Positions 62,485-64,000 of a stretch of DNA of 64,000 nt are shown here, piece by piece. Position 1 is the stretch's first letter; each line of letters opens with the position of its first letter. The notes under the pieces were generated by a model, which made no database searches, had not been told where the DNA came from, and was given only the letters and a program-made list of their open reading frames with translations. A program made the translations under genes and the position numbers. This stretch comes from Corallochytrium limacisporum Hawaii (taxonomy: Eukaryota; Protista; Pluriformea): the NCBI GenBank assembly GCA_002811645.1, contig PDIP01000260.1, forward strand, positions 1 through 64,000, given 5' to 3'.

Positions 62485-63999
62485 TTAGTGGTGGAACAAG
62501 CGCAGATTGCTGTGGCACATGACCATGCCCTGCTCATCACAGGCAGCCACAACGATGTCGTCCTGCACACTGCCAGCCGGGCTCAGTACGAACTTGACAC
62601 CACTCTGGGCGGCACGATCAATATTGTCGCGGAAGGGGAAGAACGCATCGCTGCTCAGGCTCACATTGTTCAGTTTAGCGAGCCACTCTTGCCGCTCCTC
62701 CGGTGTCAGGTCCGCGGGAGCCTGTCCCTCCTCAAACATGGCATTGAATTGCTCACGGGGGAATTCCGGACCAATTCCACCGCGCACGTAGTTGTCAATG
62801 GCATTGCTCTTGTTGGCACGGTTGGTGCCCTTCTTAAACTGCATGCCCAGAACCTTGGGGTGGTGGCGCAGCCACCAATTGTCAGCCTTCTCACCGGCCA
62901 GACGGGTGCAGTGAATGCGGGACTGCTGTCCGGCACCAAGACCGATGACCTGGCCATCCTTGGCGTAACAGACGGAGTTTGACTGCGTGTACTTCAGCGC
63001 AATCGTAGCGACAATCAGGTCACGCTGCGCATCTTCGGGCATGGTGGAGCCGGCCTTAGTAGTCACTACCTTACCAAAGAGAGAGCGGTCAATGACGGCA
63101 TTGTTGGCGGTCTGTTCCATGCGCAGACCGAACAATTCACGGGTCTCCTGGGCAGGTGGGGTGTAGTTGGGGTCCATCTGCAGGACGGTGTACTTGCCAC
63201 CCTTCTTCTTCCGCAAAATTTCGAGCGCAGCATCAGAGTAGGATGGTGCAATGACACCGTCGGAGACCTCGCGGCCGATGATCTTGGCCGTAATCTCGTC
63301 ACATTCGTCGGAGAGAGCGATCCAGTCACCGAAGGAGGACATGCGGTCGGCGCCCCGGGCGCGTGCGTACGCGGCCGCCAGTGGGGTCATGCGGTCCATG
63401 AGGTCGTCCACCATGCAGAGCTTGGCCTCCTCTTCAGTCAGAGGAACAGCCACAGCGGCACCGGCGGGAGAGACGTGCTTGAATGAGGCAGCTGCGGGGA
63501 GACCAAGATTCTGCTTGAGCTCACTGACCAGTTGCCATGCGTTCAAAGCATCGCACAGATTGATGAAGCCGGGGGACCCAGCGAGAACCTTGAAGGGCAG
63601 GTCACCGTTGGGGTTGTAGACCTGGGCGTCCTTCTGGTGAGGGTTCATGCCGTAACGGAGGGTGAGCTGACGCTTGCCAGCACCGGTATGGTGCTTGCGG
63701 AGGTAATTGGAAATGTGGAAGTCGTAGAGAGCGGTATGATCGAAGGCTTTGACAGCGAGCTCGTTACGGAGCTGCTGGCTGATGCCACCACCAGCCAATT
63801 CCTCAGCAATGCGATCATAGTCCTTTGGGTCAACCACCACAGCCACCCGGTCATGGTTCTTAGCAGCAGCACGCAGAAGTGTAACACCACCAATGTCAAT
63901 ATTCTCCACAGCCTGGGCGAGGGTCACGCCCTCCTTGGCGACAGTGTTTTCGAAAGGGTACAGGTTGCAAGCCACAATATCAATATAGTCGTATCCGCG
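62485..63999 (-). CDS. ATIC: Bifunctional AICAR transformylase/IMP cyclohydrolase (5'-truncated by window edge)
   Basis: [52 protein letters not shown]; frame open to the window end. Confidence 0.97.
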   Translation of the reverse strand, partial: RGYDYIDIVACNLYPFENTVAKEGVTLAQAVENIDIGGVTLLRAAAKNHDRVAVVVDPKDYDRIAEELAGGGISQQLRNELAVKAFDHTALYDFHISNYLRKHHTGAGKRQLTLRYGMNPHQKDAQVYNPNGDLPFKVLAGSPGFINLCDALNAWQLVSELKQNLGLPAAASFKHVSPAGAAVAVPLTEEEAKLCMVDDLMDRMTPLAAAYARARGADRMSSFGDWIALSDECDEITAKIIGREVSDGVIAPSYSDAALEILRKKKGGKYTVLQMDPNYTPPAQETRELFGLRMEQTANNAVIDRSLFGKVVTTKAGSTMPEDAQRDLIVATIALKYTQSNSVCYAKDGQVIGLGAGQQSRIHCTRLAGEKADNWWLRHHPKVLGMQFKKGTNRANKSNAIDNYVRGGIGPEFPREQFNAMFEEGQAPADLTPEERQEWLAKLNNVSLSSDAFFPFRDNIDRAAQSGVKFVLSPAGSVQDDIVVAACDEQGMVMCHSNLRLFHH

Positions 64000-64000
64000 G

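Overview
Gene-dense eukaryotic nuclear DNA with about 25 protein-coding genes, all reading as single uninterrupted ORFs. Convergent spacers are only about 35-220 bp and there is one assembly gap (N, 23177-23225). The gene set (ERK, USP8, ARS2, KPTN, GKAP/HURP-like, SIVA-like, IPO13-like, CEP20, NOL11-like) looks holozoan. Together with the lack of introns this suggests an intron-poor unicellular animal relative such as Corallochytrium (inference only). Most notable: (1) a 2xACBP + bacterial Acr1-type fatty acyl-CoA reductase fusion; (2) self-complementary CnGn dyads found in head-to-tail spacers but not in divergent ones; (3) a SIM-bearing orphan resembling SIMC1/Nse5; (4) a Golgi-type protein carrying a bacterial DUF115/Maf-like domain next to a RAY1-like glycosyltransferase; (5) a catalytically degenerate CBS-like protein; (6) E2F- and CDE/CHR-like motifs upstream of cell-cycle genes; (7) a ~6 kb non-coding island with a TATA box followed by a hairpin-dense segment. 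All homology calls come from motif recognition from memory; no searches were run.
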